64,000 bases of DNA from Polyangiales bacterium (GCA_038231275.1 JBBRLQ010000012.1:32001-96000); one strand, 5' to 3'; counted from the stretch's first letter, positions 29,102 to 39,204 are shown. Made by a program: numbers and translations. The notes: a model not told the origin generated them from the letters alone.

Positions 29102-30211
29102 ATGGCGATCGGGGCGCACGCACGCAGAGCGGCGATCTTCACGGTGCTCGCCGCGCCGGCCACCGCGCACGCGCAGCCGTCCGCGCCAGGTGTGATCGAC
29201 GTCGAGTGGCGCGCGCCGGCCGGATGCCCAAGCGCGGCGGATCTGAAGGCAGAGGTCGCGCGCATCGTCGGCCAGGCGCCTGGCGCGCGCCGATCGGTGG
29301 TGGCGCGCGGGGAGGTCGAGAAGACGGACCGCGGCACGTGGCGTGTGGTGCTCACGACGCGCGCCGACGACGCGCCGGGGCGGCGAACATTCGAGGCGGA
29401 GACGTGCAGGGCCGCGACCGACGCGGCGGCGCTGATTCTGGCGATCACGGTAAACCCTCTCGCCACACCGGAGCCGCCGCCGGTAACTCCGACTCCCCCG
29501 CCGCCTGCACCGACTTCGATGCCGACGCCGACTCCGACCCCGACCCCGACGCCGACTCCGACCCCGACCCCGACCCCGACTCCGACCCCGACTCCGACCC
29601 CGACCCCGACCCCGACCCCGACTCCGACCCCGACCCCGACGCCGACTCCGACGCCGACTCCGACGCCGACTCCCTCCTTGTCCTTCCCCCCTTCCCACCT
29701 CGGCGTCGGTGCCTCCTTGGGGATGGAAACCGGCACCCTCCCCTCTGTCGCGGTCGGTGCGCAAGCCTCCCTCGCGTGGCTCCTCGGCGACGCTCGTCTC
29801 GAGATCGCGGGGGCCTACTGGGCGCTGCAGCAGGCGACGGCGGCGACCGGGTCGGGCGCGGGGTTGCGACTCGTCACGTTGGGCGCGCGGGTGGCGTATG
29901 CGTGGCGCGCGGGGCCGATTCACGTCGGGCCGCTCGCGGGAGCAGAGGTCGACGCGATGAGCGCCGAGGGATTTGGCGGGGCGGCTTCGTTTCAAAAGAG
30001 CGCGACGTGGGCGAGCGTCGTCGCGGGAGGGCTCGCGACCTGGTCGCCATTTTCGCGGATCGCGTTGCGCGTCGGGCTCGAGGCGGCGATTCCGCTGGCG
30101 CGGCCGTCGTTCGTGGTCCTCGAGCCCGCGCCGTCCCCGCCGATCGAGGTGCATCGCCCGGCGGCGGTCGCGGGACGGGCGTTCGTCGGGGCCGAAGTGC
30201 GCTTTTTCTGA
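29102..30211 (+). CDS. Secreted protein with GCP domain, (PT)n linker and C-terminal beta-barrel-like domain
   Basis: Signal peptide AHA; paralogous architecture to 10184-11200; ends EVRFF. Confidence 0.7.
   Translation: MAIGAHARRAAIFTVLAAPATAHAQPSAPGVIDVEWRAPAGCPSAADLKAEVARIVGQAPGARRSVVARGEVEKTDRGTWRVVLTTRADDAPGRRTFEAETCRAATDAAALILAITVNPLATPEPPPVTPTPPPPAPTSMPTPTPTPTPTPTPTPTPTPTPTPTPTPTPTPTPTPTPTPTPTPTPTPTPTPSLSFPPSHLGVGASLGMETGTLPSVAVGAQASLAWLLGDARLEIAGAYWALQQATAATGSGAGLRLVTLGARVAYAWRAGPIHVGPLAGAEVDAMSAEGFGGAASFQKSATWASVVAGGLATWSPFSRIALRVGLEAAIPLARPSFVVLEPAPSPPIEVHRPAAVAGRAFVGAEVRFF
29522..29671 (+). repeat. (CCGACN)x25 hexamer repeat encoding Pro-Thr
   Basis: ccgacc/ccgact/ccgacg units. 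Confidence 0.95.
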
Positions 30212-30235
30212 CGGATTGCCCCGCGGCCGGGCACT
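30209..30235 (+). promoter_or_regulatory. Candidate autoregulatory ECF promoter TGACGGA-N10-GCCGGGCACT
   Basis: Upstream of the sigma gene; the same motif with the same spacing recurs at 31720. Confidence 0.65.
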
Positions 30236-30254
30236 GCTACATGGACCCGTGCCG

Positions 30255-30893
30255 ATGGCTGCCGCAGTTCCCGTTCTCACCCCCAACGCCGACCGCGCGC
30301 ACCTGGCGATGCCGGCGCTCGTCTTCGCGGACGTCTATCGGGAAGAGTTCGCCTTCGTGTGGCGGAGCGCGCGCGCGCTCGGTGTGAAACCGCCGGCGCT
30401 GGACGACGTCGCGCAGGAGATCTTCGTGGTCGTTCACAGGCGCCTGACCGAGTTCGCCGGGCGCTCGACGCTCCGAACGTGGCTGTCGGGCATCGTGCTC
30501 AACGTCGTGCGGCACCATCGGCGCTCGGTGGCGCGGAAGAGCCCTCACGAGCTGTCGCGCGAGGAGCCCGCTGATCCCGCGCTCCTCCACGCGCGCGGGC
30601 GCGATCCGCACGAGGCGGCGGAGCTCGCGGAGGGGACGCGCCTGCTCCAGCAGATCCTCGACGAGCTCGACGACGACAAGCGCGAGGTGCTCGTGCTCGC
30701 GGAGCTCGAGGAGCTGCCGATCCGCGAAATGGCGGAGGCGCTGGGGCTCAAGCTCAATACCGCGTACTCGCGCTTGCGCCTCGCGCGCGCCGACTTCGAC
30801 GAAGCCCTCGCCCGCCACCGCGCGCGCGACGCGAGCCGGTTGACGCGGGCGAGCCAGGCGAGCCACACGAGAACCAATGGGAGGCGACCGTGA
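30255..30893 (+). CDS. ECF RNA polymerase sigma factor
   Basis: FVWRSARALG, DDVAQEIF, LRTWL, EMAEALGLKLNTAYSRLRLAR. Confidence 0.93.
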   Translation: MAAAVPVLTPNADRAHLAMPALVFADVYREEFAFVWRSARALGVKPPALDDVAQEIFVVVHRRLTEFAGRSTLRTWLSGIVLNVVRHHRRSVARKSPHELSREEPADPALLHARGRDPHEAAELAEGTRLLQQILDELDDDKREVLVLAELEELPIREMAEALGLKLNTAYSRLRLARADFDEALARHRARDASRLTRASQASHTRTNGRRP

Positions 30894-31681
30894 GCGAGCT
30901 GGATCCCGAGGGCCGCGCGCTGTTTCGTGGCGCACGAAGGGACCTCGCGCCGAGCGAGGCGGACCGCGCGCGCGTGGAAGAGGCGCTGGCGGTGCGCTTC
31001 GGCGTGGCGGCGGCCGCGGGCGCGGCGGTCGCGGGAGCGGCAACGTCGGCATCGGCCAGCGTCGCACCGGCGGCGGCGGGCATCGTGGGAGTAAGCGGGG
31101 GCGCGACGACGGCGGGCGCCGCGGCCACGGCGGGCGGAGCCTCCGCGCTGCTCCTCGCGACCAAGTGGGTGGGCGCCGCTGCACTCGTCGGCGTCCTCGG
31201 CGCGACCGGCACCGCAGCGTACCGCGCGACTTGGAGATCGACCTCGACCTCGACTCCGACCTCGACTCCGACTCCGACCACGACCACGACCCCGACGCCG
31301 ACCCCGACGCCGGCGCCGACCCCGACTCCGGTCGTCATGGCTCCCCCGCCCCGCGAGCAGGAGACACCTCGCCCTCGCGTGGCTCGCGCCGCCGCTGCGA
31401 CCGCCGGCTCCGTCGGCGACGAGACGCGCATGATCCGCGACGCCGACGCTGCCCTGCGAAGCGGCGACGCGGCGCGGGCGCTCACGCTCCTCGACGCGCA
31501 CGCGCACAGCTACCCCAACGGGGTTCTGGCCGAGGAGCGCGCCGTCGAGCGTATCTTCGCGCTGTGCAAGCTGGGCCGGGACGACGACGCGCGACGCGAG
31601 GGCCACCGCTTCCTCGACGCGCATCCCGAGTCGCCTCTCGCGGGGAGCGTCGCCGCGTCGTGCGCGGGCCCGCGCCGCTGA
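30890..31681 (+). CDS. Putative transmembrane anti-sigma factor with PT linker and TPR-like C-terminus
   Basis: Overlaps the sigma stop; TM segment; ETRMIRDADAALRSGD..HAHSYPNGVLAEER. Confidence 0.75.
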   Translation: MSELDPEGRALFRGARRDLAPSEADRARVEEALAVRFGVAAAAGAAVAGAATSASASVAPAAAGIVGVSGGATTAGAAATAGGASALLLATKWVGAAALVGVLGATGTAAYRATWRSTSTSTPTSTPTPTTTTTPTPTPTPAPTPTPVVMAPPPREQETPRPRVARAAAATAGSVGDETRMIRDADAALRSGDAARALTLLDAHAHSYPNGVLAEERAVERIFALCKLGRDDDARREGHRFLDAHPESPLAGSVAASCAGPRR

Positions 31682-31719
31682 CGCGCGACGGTGCACGAGA
31701 ACGCGGCGTCACTTTTTCG

Positions 31720-31746
31720 TGACGGACGAGCCTCGCGCCGGGCACT
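31720..31746 (+). promoter_or_regulatory. Candidate ECF target promoter TGACGGA-N10-GCCGGGCACT
   Basis: Same motif and spacing as 30209-30235; both are preceded by a T tract. Confidence 0.65.
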
Positions 31747-31782
31747 CCCCTCATGAGACTTTTCTTTCGAAAGGACCGTCAC

Positions 31783-32436
31783 GTGAAAAGAGCCCTCTTT
31801 CTTAGCGCGCTCCTCGTTCCTTCCATCGCGATCGCCGCGTGCAGCGGCGGGGTCGTTCCCGTCGCGCAGGACGCGGCCGACGGAGGCTCCGCCGGCTCGT
31901 CGAGCGGCACCAGCGGCACCAGCAGCAGCGGCAGCAGCGGCGCGAGCAGCAGCGGCAGCAGCGGTACCAGCGGCGCGAGCGGGAGCGGCAGCAGCGGGGC
32001 GAGTAGCAGCGGCTCCAGCGGCGCTCTCGACGGGGGCAAGGCGTGCCCCGCCGACGCCGGCGGCAACTCGTGCTTCTGCGGCGATCTCGTTTGCAAGGAT
32101 GGCCAGTGGACGTGCGGGCCGTGCTCCACCGACGGAGGCGCAGGGACGTGCAGCCCAGCGTGCGAGAGCGGCAAGGTGTGCGTGAAGGATCAGGTCGTCG
32201 GCGGCGCGATCGTCTTCCCTGACGACGCCGGCACTTGCCCCGCCGGGCGTCACTTCGTCGCCGACCACTGCGAGCAAGATCCGACCTACGCGTGCGCCGC
32301 GTACCCGTCGGGGTGCACCGGGCTCGCGCTCACTTGCACGTGCGCAGCGAGCATCTGTACGTCGCAGAGCAGCTGCTCGTTCACCTGCGAGAGCACCTCG
32401 CCCGGGCAGGTGAACTGTCTCTGCCAGACGCCGTAA
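31783..32436 (+). CDS. Ser/Gly-linker, Cys-rich lipoprotein
   Basis: AAGGA RBS, GTG start, IAAC lipobox. Confidence 0.8.
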   Translation: MKRALFLSALLVPSIAIAACSGGVVPVAQDAADGGSAGSSSGTSGTSSSGSSGASSSGSSGTSGASGSGSSGASSSGSSGALDGGKACPADAGGNSCFCGDLVCKDGQWTCGPCSTDGGAGTCSPACESGKVCVKDQVVGGAIVFPDDAGTCPAGRHFVADHCEQDPTYACAAYPSGCTGLALTCTCAASICTSQSSCSFTCESTSPGQVNCLCQTP

Positions 32437-32439
32437 ACC

Positions 32440-32462
32440 ACGGGGCCTGAGCATGCCCCGTG
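32440..32462. terminator. Hairpin between convergent genes
   Basis: cacggggc-ctgagcat-gccccgtg followed by attt. Confidence 0.45.
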
Positions 32463-32586
32463 ATTTACTTCTCGTCTGGTGGGGCTTCGCCCCTCCGCCG
32501 CTTCGCGTCGGAACCACCCCGGAATGCCTTCGGCAACCGTGCTGCGCACGGCGGAGAGACGGTCGCGTCTGCGACGAGGGGGCTCG

Positions 32587-34320
32587 TCAGTCCGGGCGCG
32601 TGCGAACGAGGCCGCGGCGGCTCGCGACCCAGAGATCGCGCCCGGCCGGCAGGACCGCCGTCACGTCCTTGCCGCTCGACGCGCGCGCGAGCGTTCGCCA
32701 CGCGCCGCCGGCGAGCGGTCGCTCCAGGAGCCCGTCCATCGTCGCCGCGTACAGCTTGCCGTTCATGATCGCGAGGCCCGCGGGGTTCACGTAGCCGCCG
32801 GCGAGGTGCTCGCCGGGCTCGAGCTTGCCGTGCTCGAGCGTGAGGCGTGTGACGCCGGAGTTGTAGGTGCCGACGAAGACGTTCGCGCCGTCGACGACGA
32901 GCGACGTGATCCAGTCGTCCTTGAGGTGGCCGGTGATGATGGCGACGCGCTGCCAGCTTCCGCCGGGTTTTCCGGCGTAGAGGCCCGCGCTCGTGCCGAG
33001 GAGCAGCACGCCGTCCGGTCCTTCGGCGACCGCCCACACCGCGCGGACGGGGAGCCCTTGCTTCTCGTCCATGCGCGTGACCCCGCCGTTCTTCACGATC
33101 GCAGCGCCCTTCTCGGTGCCGACGAGGACGCCGCCGCCGGCGAGCGCGACCACCGCGTGAACCGCGCTCGAGGGGAGCACGCCGCCGCCGCCGTACGTGC
33201 GCGCGGTCTCTCCCTCGATCATCGTGAGGCCGCGGGCGGTCGCGACCCAGGCGCGGTGCCCTTCGATCGCGAGCCCATTCACGCGGCCGTCGACCTGCGG
33301 CACGTGCCGCCACTTGCCGCCTTCGAGGACGGCGACGCCACGCTCGTACGTGCCGACCCAGAGCGCGTCGCCGTCGCGGGCAACGGCGGTGAGATCGTTC
33401 TCCGGCAGACCGCCGGCCCCGAGGCGCGCGCCGCCCATGTACGCGCCGGAGCGGGTGCCCACGCATTTTCCGCTCGGATCGAGCGCCTGCACGAACTTCA
33501 CGCTGGCGTTGGCGGCCGGCGCATCGCCCTTCGCCGCGGCGCGGACGACACCTTTTCCAAACGTGCCGACGAGCATCGCGCCGTCCACGCTCGCGAGCGC
33601 GCGCGTGTCCGTGTCCCCTTCGAGGCGCGCCGGCGCGTTCTGCGCGATCGACACGACGCCCTCGAGCGCGCCGATCCACAGCCGCCCGTCGTGCGGCGCT
33701 AGCGCCCAGATCGTGCTCGGCGCGCGGCCGCCGCCCCACGCCTGCATCCCCGCCTTCCCGCCCTCGAGGCGAATGAGACCGCCGCCCGCCGTACCGCCGA
33801 CGAGCGCGCCGTCGTACGTGGCGAGCGACGTCACGCGCGAGCGCGCGTCGTACGTCGTCGCGTCGGACGGAAGCTTCACGAGGGCCGAGTCCGTCCAGCG
33901 GAGCACGCCGCCGCCCCACGTGCCGAGGTAGACCGCGCCGTCGTGCCGATGGATTGCGCGCACCGGCGACGACGGATACGCGACGTTGACGTTCACGTGG
34001 TCGCGATCGTAGAGCCGCGCCTTCGCGAGCCCCTTCTCGGTGCCGATCCACACGGTCTCCCCATCGAGGAGCAGCGAATGCACCCGCGTATCGGGGAGAC
34101 TGTCGAGCGCCGTGAGGACCCGTACGAGCTTGCCGTCGGCGCCGTACACCGCCAGCCCGCCGGCGGTCCCCGCGAGGACCACGCCATCCCTCGTCACCGC
34201 GCACGCGCGCACGTCGTCGATCGCGGTGTGGATCTCGAGCGGCGACTCGGCGCGCGCCGACCCTGATCCCAGCGCCGCCGCCGCAGCCACGGCGAGGGCA
34301 AGGACGGCGCGGCGCATCAC
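32587..34320 (-). CDS. Secreted beta-propeller repeat protein
   Basis: Signal peptide; repeated LPD..V.SL, (L/V)W(I/V)GT..GL blades. Confidence 0.85.
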   Translation of the reverse strand: MMRRAVLALAVAAAAALGSGSARAESPLEIHTAIDDVRACAVTRDGVVLAGTAGGLAVYGADGKLVRVLTALDSLPDTRVHSLLLDGETVWIGTEKGLAKARLYDRDHVNVNVAYPSSPVRAIHRHDGAVYLGTWGGGVLRWTDSALVKLPSDATTYDARSRVTSLATYDGALVGGTAGGGLIRLEGGKAGMQAWGGGRAPSTIWALAPHDGRLWIGALEGVVSIAQNAPARLEGDTDTRALASVDGAMLVGTFGKGVVRAAAKGDAPAANASVKFVQALDPSGKCVGTRSGAYMGGARLGAGGLPENDLTAVARDGDALWVGTYERGVAVLEGGKWRHVPQVDGRVNGLAIEGHRAWVATARGLTMIEGETARTYGGGGVLPSSAVHAVVALAGGGVLVGTEKGAAIVKNGGVTRMDEKQGLPVRAVWAVAEGPDGVLLLGTSAGLYAGKPGGSWQRVAIITGHLKDDWITSLVVDGANVFVGTYNSGVTRLTLEHGKLEPGEHLAGGYVNPAGLAIMNGKLYAATMDGLLERPLAGGAWRTLARASSGKDVTAVLPAGRDLWVASRRGLVRTRPD

Positions 34321-37109
34321 TTCCCCGCCGGCGCGACGGTGAGCGTGACGTCCGACTCGCCCTGGTTCATCGCCCGGTCGACCGCGACGACGTGCAGCAC
34401 CGCCGGCCCCGTGAGCGGCGCCTCAGGCTTCCAGAGGCCTCGGAACTCGCCGAGACGAATCGCCGTGAGCGGCATCGTCGTCCCATCGGGCAGGCGCACT
34501 TCGACGCGGTAGGCGTCGGTCAGGATCGTCGCGTACCGCTTCCGCAGATCCGCGACGTCGCCTTGCGTGCCGGGATTCGCCGCTTGAATCTCCGTCATCG
34601 TGATGATCTGCGACGCGCGGATCTCATACGTTCCCGGCTTCCCCGGCACGGCGTGCAGCGACACGTTCACGCTGGGCTTCTTCGTGTCGACGACGTACGG
34701 CAGCTCGAGCACCTCGAGCGCGCCGTCCTTGTGCGTGATGCGCACCTTCACCTTGTAGGTTCCGTCGGGCGTGTCCTTGTCGATGAGGAAGCGCACCGTC
34801 CACGCGTTGATCGAGCCCGCTTCGTAGGAGGCGACCTTCGACTCGCCGAACGGGAACACGACGACGACGCTCTGCGCGTCGGGCGGCGCGGGGATGTGGA
34901 TCTCCGGATCACCGGGTTGGAGGTGATCGGGTTCGAGGCGCGCGTTGCGACCGGACACGTTCTCGAGGTCGCCGCCGGTGACGCGCGCCTGGGCGGCCTC
35001 GGCCTCGCGCTTCGCGTTCTTACGGGCGATGTCGTACTTGGCATACGCCTCCTCGCTCTCGAGGACGAGGAACGACGTGTACTGACTCATGATCCCGAAC
35101 GCGAGCGACGCCTTCACGACGTCGTCCTTCTTCTCGGCGCCGTCCTGCTCGAGGTGCAGGATCTCGCTCCGCGCCCACCGCTGCGCGACGTGCGTGGCGT
35201 TCTCGGCCTTGGCGAGCGCGATCGGCTGTGAGATCTCCTTGCCGTCCACGGTCCCCTTCAACGTGATCTGCGCGGGAGCCTCCGTCCCTTTCGGCGTCTT
35301 GACGAGCGCGACGATCTCGTCGCCCTCCACGATCGTCTCCTCGGCGGTCGGAAAGACGACGTCGGCGTCGCGCGCGACGACGTGCGCGGCGGTGATCCGG
35401 CGCATGAGCGGACGTTGGCCGAGGCGCAATGCAAAGCGCTTCGCGTCGAGCGCGGTGCGGGGACGATCGAGCTGCCCACCCGTCGCGGCGACGAGATCGT
35501 GGACCCCGTCGAGATCGCCGGCCTTGCCGAGGACCATGGCATGGATCGACGCGCCGCCGAGGCTCTCCTTGGCAATTTTCGCGAGCGCCTCGGGGTTCGT
35601 CTCGCCCCACGTCGGGCTGCCGTCGCCGATGTAGAGGACCTCGACCTCCTTGCCGTCCTTGTCGCGCGAGACCTTGGCGAGGCGTCCGGCTTGTCGGAGC
35701 GCGGCGCCCACGTCGCTCGCGCCATCGGGCTCCAGGCGCTTCACGAACGCCACGGTCTTCTCGATCGCTTCGGGCGTCGGGGCGACGAGCTCGCCGGACT
35801 CCGGGCGCGCGACGACGTCGCTCGTCATCGCGACGTACCGATCCTCGGGGCCCATCTCGGCGAGCACCATCTTGAGGGCGTCGAGCTCCAGATCTCGCTC
35901 TTCGAGGGCGCTCCTGGAGGTGTCGACGACGACGACGAAGCGACGCGGCGGACGCGGGCCTTTCGGCTCGGGGACCTTCGACCAGTCGGGCGTCACGCGC
36001 ACTGCGGTGTAGGTTCCGTCGTCGCGCTTCTCGCGTACGACCGTCGGGACCCTGCCTCCCGTGAGCGGCACCACGACGTCGTGCGCCGCCGCCAAGTCCG
36101 CCTTCTCCACGACGGTCTTGCCCTCGAACTCCAGCTTGAACGCCGCCTTCTGCGACGCCGGATCGACGCTGCTCGTGGGGTACACGTACTGCCAACCGTC
36201 GAGCGTGCGCGAGAGCGGCGACACGAAGCGGAGCACCACGCGCTTCTTCTTCTTCGCCTCGATCGGGAAGACGCGCAGCTTGAAGACGTTGCCGTGCTCC
36301 CACTCGAGGAGCGCCGGGTCCATCATCTGATCGACGATCTCCTGGTAGATCTTCTGCGCCTTGTCGCGCTCGACGAGCTCGCCCTCCATGAGGTGCTCGC
36401 CAATCTCCATCGCGAGCCCGGTCAGCATCGCGCCCTCCGGCATCGGGAAGCGAAAGGTCCCCTCGAGCTGCTGATCGCTGTCGTTGCCGAACACGTGCTC
36501 GACCTCGGTCTCGGCGTAGTCGCCGGTCTGCTTCACCTTCACGGTCACGCGGTCGAGCGACACCGGCGCGATCTGGCCGGCGGGGCCGCGCGCTTCCATC
36601 TGGCCGATCCCGGCGGCCTCGCGCCCGGTCTCGAGGCGAAGGCTGAAATCGGCCTCCGCGACGTTTTTGCGCGTGTCGAGCTGCTCGGTCTTGCCGGAGC
36701 GCGGGAAGAAGAGGACGTCGCGCGCGCCGTGACGGAGCCGCGCTTCGCCTTGCGCCACGAGCACGCGGACCTCACCGGCGTCGTCCTGGCCGAGATCGAT
36801 CGACGTGTCGTCCTTGAGCCACAAGCGCCCCCGTCCGTCGCCGAGATCGAGCACCGCGCCGCCGCCCTTGGCGCGAAGCGCGACGACGTTGGCGACCCGC
36901 CGACCCTTCTCGAGCGCCGTCCACGACGCGTTGTCCTGGACGCGCGCCTCGACGACGCCATCGCTCGACACGAGCGCCACCGCGGCGTTCAGCGGCGCGC
37001 TCGGAGCCTTTGCGACGCCCTCGCCTCCTACGCCGGTCTTCGCGCGCGTGCCGCAGCCCGCTGCGGCGAGCACCATCCCCATCACGATGCACTTTGCGAG
37101 CGTTCTCAT
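34317..37109 (-). CDS. VIT + vWA domain lipoprotein
   Basis: AAGC lipobox; VIT (EGTFRFPMP, DPALLEW, LRVFPI); vWA (VVDTSRS, YIGDG); SQYTSFLVLE. Confidence 0.9.
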   Translation of the reverse strand: MRTLAKCIVMGMVLAAAGCGTRAKTGVGGEGVAKAPSAPLNAAVALVSSDGVVEARVQDNASWTALEKGRRVANVVALRAKGGGAVLDLGDGRGRLWLKDDTSIDLGQDDAGEVRVLVAQGEARLRHGARDVLFFPRSGKTEQLDTRKNVAEADFSLRLETGREAAGIGQMEARGPAGQIAPVSLDRVTVKVKQTGDYAETEVEHVFGNDSDQQLEGTFRFPMPEGAMLTGLAMEIGEHLMEGELVERDKAQKIYQEIVDQMMDPALLEWEHGNVFKLRVFPIEAKKKKRVVLRFVSPLSRTLDGWQYVYPTSSVDPASQKAAFKLEFEGKTVVEKADLAAAHDVVVPLTGGRVPTVVREKRDDGTYTAVRVTPDWSKVPEPKGPRPPRRFVVVVDTSRSALEERDLELDALKMVLAEMGPEDRYVAMTSDVVARPESGELVAPTPEAIEKTVAFVKRLEPDGASDVGAALRQAGRLAKVSRDKDGKEVEVLYIGDGSPTWGETNPEALAKIAKESLGGASIHAMVLGKAGDLDGVHDLVAATGGQLDRPRTALDAKRFALRLGQRPLMRRITAAHVVARDADVVFPTAEETIVEGDEIVALVKTPKGTEAPAQITLKGTVDGKEISQPIALAKAENATHVAQRWARSEILHLEQDGAEKKDDVVKASLAFGIMSQYTSFLVLESEEAYAKYDIARKNAKREAEAAQARVTGGDLENVSGRNARLEPDHLQPGDPEIHIPAPPDAQSVVVVFPFGESKVASYEAGSINAWTVRFLIDKDTPDGTYKVKVRITHKDGALEVLELPYVVDTKKPSVNVSLHAVPGKPGTYEIRASQIITMTEIQAANPGTQGDVADLRKRYATILTDAYRVEVRLPDGTTMPLTAIRLGEFRGLWKPEAPLTGPAVLHVVAVDRAMNQGESDVTLTVAPAGK

Positions 37110-38233
37110 GGCTTGACCTCGATGCGCGCGACCGTCACGGTCTGCTTGTCTTGGAAGAGGCGGTAGGGCACGACGTGCCGCACTTCGTCGGCGGTCCCTT
37201 CGTGCAGGATGACGACGACCTCGCCGCGCGCTTCGTTGAAGGCGCTGCGGCGGCTCGAGAAGTAATTGACCTTGACGGTGTAGACGCCGCGCACGGCGTC
37301 CTTCGCGGTGTAGCTCTCGGGGCCGTAGCCGGTAGTGACGTCGTCGAAGAGCGCGTCGCCGCTCGCTCCCTGGCGGTGCGAGTAGAAAATCTTCTCGCCC
37401 GACGGGTTCTCGACCCACAGGTCGACGTCGGTGCGATCGGTGTCCCACGTGAGGTAGACCTTGATGTCGTTGACCGCGCCGCCGTGGATGCCGAGCAGGT
37501 CGATCTTCTTGCCGAGGGCGGTCGCCTCCGTCGCGTCGCTGCGCGTGAGGGCTTCGCGGCGCTTCTGCGAGTACGCCTGCGCGAGGCGCTGCTTCGCGGG
37601 GTAGCGCACGGCCTCGGGCGTCGCCTTGTTCTCGACGATCTCCTCGAAGCGCTTGAGCGACTCGTCGGCGTGGCCGAGGCGCTGCGCAACGTCGGCGAGC
37701 TCGAAGGCCATGCGGACGTCGTCCGATTTGATCGTCGTCGCGGCGAGGAGACGATCGTAGGCGCCTTGGAGATCCCCCGATTGCTTCAGGACCGTCGCGA
37801 GCGCGCGCTGCGACTCGAGGTCTTTCGGCAACAGCTCCACGATGGCCGAGTAGGTGCGGCGCGCCTGCTCTTTTTCGCCGAGCTCGGAATAGATGTCCCC
37901 GAGAAGGCGTACGACGACGAGGTTGTACGCGTCCTTCTCGCGCCACGCCTTCGCCTCGGTCAGCGCGCCCTGCAAATCGCCCATTTGCATGAGCGCGTGC
38001 ACCAGCTCGAAGCGCTTGATGCGGTCTTTCGGCGCGTCCTCGACGCCCTTGCGAAGCTCCACGATCTTCGCGGGCGTCGGCTTTTCACGCCCTTCGCGCG
38101 GCTCGTGATCGAGCGCCGTGAACTCCATCGCCCGAACGGGCGCGGCGAGCGCGTGGCCCGGCGAGAACAGCGCGGCGCCTAGGATCGCGACGCCGGAAAC
38201 GGTGCTTGCGAGATGCGATTTGCCCCACGCCAT
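37106..38233 (-). CDS. TPR + DUF2135/YfaP-like exported protein
   Basis: TPR helices, then DIKVYLTWDTDRTDVDLWVENP.GE and DVTTGYGPE. Confidence 0.85.
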   Translation of the reverse strand: MAWGKSHLASTVSGVAILGAALFSPGHALAAPVRAMEFTALDHEPREGREKPTPAKIVELRKGVEDAPKDRIKRFELVHALMQMGDLQGALTEAKAWREKDAYNLVVVRLLGDIYSELGEKEQARRTYSAIVELLPKDLESQRALATVLKQSGDLQGAYDRLLAATTIKSDDVRMAFELADVAQRLGHADESLKRFEEIVENKATPEAVRYPAKQRLAQAYSQKRREALTRSDATEATALGKKIDLLGIHGGAVNDIKVYLTWDTDRTDVDLWVENPSGEKIFYSHRQGASGDALFDDVTTGYGPESYTAKDAVRGVYTVKVNYFSSRRSAFNEARGEVVVILHEGTADEVRHVVPYRLFQDKQTVTVARIEVKP

Positions 38234-38260
38234 GTGACGGCCTCCCGGCACGTGGTCATC

Positions 38261-38275
38261 GCAAGGGCCCTGCCA
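38261..38275 (-). promoter_or_regulatory. Sigma54 (-24/-12) promoter
   Basis: Minus strand TGGCAGGGCCCTTGC (GG-N10-GC) upstream of the TPR/YfaP operon. Confidence 0.6.
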
Positions 38276-38513
38276 AGTGTGACCGTGGGCAAACGGCCGC
38301 GCCGCGCGGCGAGGGGCGTGTCCGGCGCGACACGGAGCGTGGGAGCGGCGACGCGCCGGCGCAGGTAGACCGAGCAGAGCCCGAGGTTAGCCGTCGGCCA
38401 GTCGGACTTGGACTCGCGCAGTGCGCAGCCGCATGCTGCGAGACGCTCCCGCTACACGGTGGTGCGGCCGTCTCCCGACGGCGAGACGGACCTCGGCATG
38501 TGACGTCGACGTT

Positions 38514-38936
38514 TCAGTCGCCGCCGCCGTCTTCGCCGCCACCGCCGTCGCTGCCGCCGTCACCGCCACCACCGCCACCACCACCGTCACCGCCACCACC
38601 GCCGTCGCTGCCGTAACCCTGCGCCTGTCCGCTGCCGGCGTCCGTCTGCCCGTCGCCGCCACCAGAACTGCCGATGTCGTCGATGCCGGCGTCCTTCGCG
38701 AGGGAGCTGTCGCTCTGATCGGGCAGAGGCTGGTCCGAACCCGTGTCGTGGGGCGCGATCGATTCCTCGTACGACTCCCCGCGACGATCTTCAACATCGT
38801 CCGAGCGCCGCCAATCCTCGAACCTGGGGGGACCCGGCGGAGATGACGGCCCCGGCGTCAACTCGGGGGGGAGCGTAAGACCTCCTCCGTGCACCTGATC
38901 CAAGTCCTCGACCTCGAGCTCTCGATATTTTCTCAT
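38514..38936 (-). CDS. Small acidic Gly/Asp-rich protein with a double-glycine-type leader
   Basis: MRKYRELEVEDLDQVHGG matches the EL.x.(E/D)L..V.GG leader pattern. Confidence 0.6.
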   Translation of the reverse strand: MRKYRELEVEDLDQVHGGGLTLPPELTPGPSSPPGPPRFEDWRRSDDVEDRRGESYEESIAPHDTGSDQPLPDQSDSSLAKDAGIDDIGSSGGGDGQTDAGSGQAQGYGSDGGGGGDGGGGGGGGDGGSDGGGGEDGGGD

Positions 38937-38949
38937 GACAACGCTGTTG

Positions 38950-38965
38950 AGCAGGGGTCATGCCA
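38950..38965 (-). promoter_or_regulatory. Sigma54 (-24/-12) promoter
   Basis: Minus strand TGGCATGACCCCTGCT directly upstream of the ATG at 38936. Confidence 0.55.
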
Positions 38966-39204
38966 GAACGCGACCGGCGCCCGAGCGTGAAGTGGCGCTG
39001 CGCGTTTTCCGCTGACGCCGTGGGCGATCGCGGCACGTCGCACGTTTGCGGAGATCCACCTTGGCGCGTTCCAAGGTCGCGCTGCAGACTTTCGTCCGCA
39101 CGAGCGTGCACACAAGACTGCTGCGAGCTCGCTGCGCGTGAACCCGCCGGCGCGCGTTTACGTGTGGAGGTTTGGTTCCGTCCCCGACGAGACCTCGCCT
39201 AGAC

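Noticed and set aside
29522..29671. CRISPR array (also considered at 55731 and 25062)
   Set aside because: Simple tandem repeats without unique spacers; no cas genes.
27911..30286. Long antisense Arg/Ala-rich ORFs (also 21241-23202, 57311-59458, 3614-5518)
   Set aside because: They are antisense to well-supported genes and contain no motifs.
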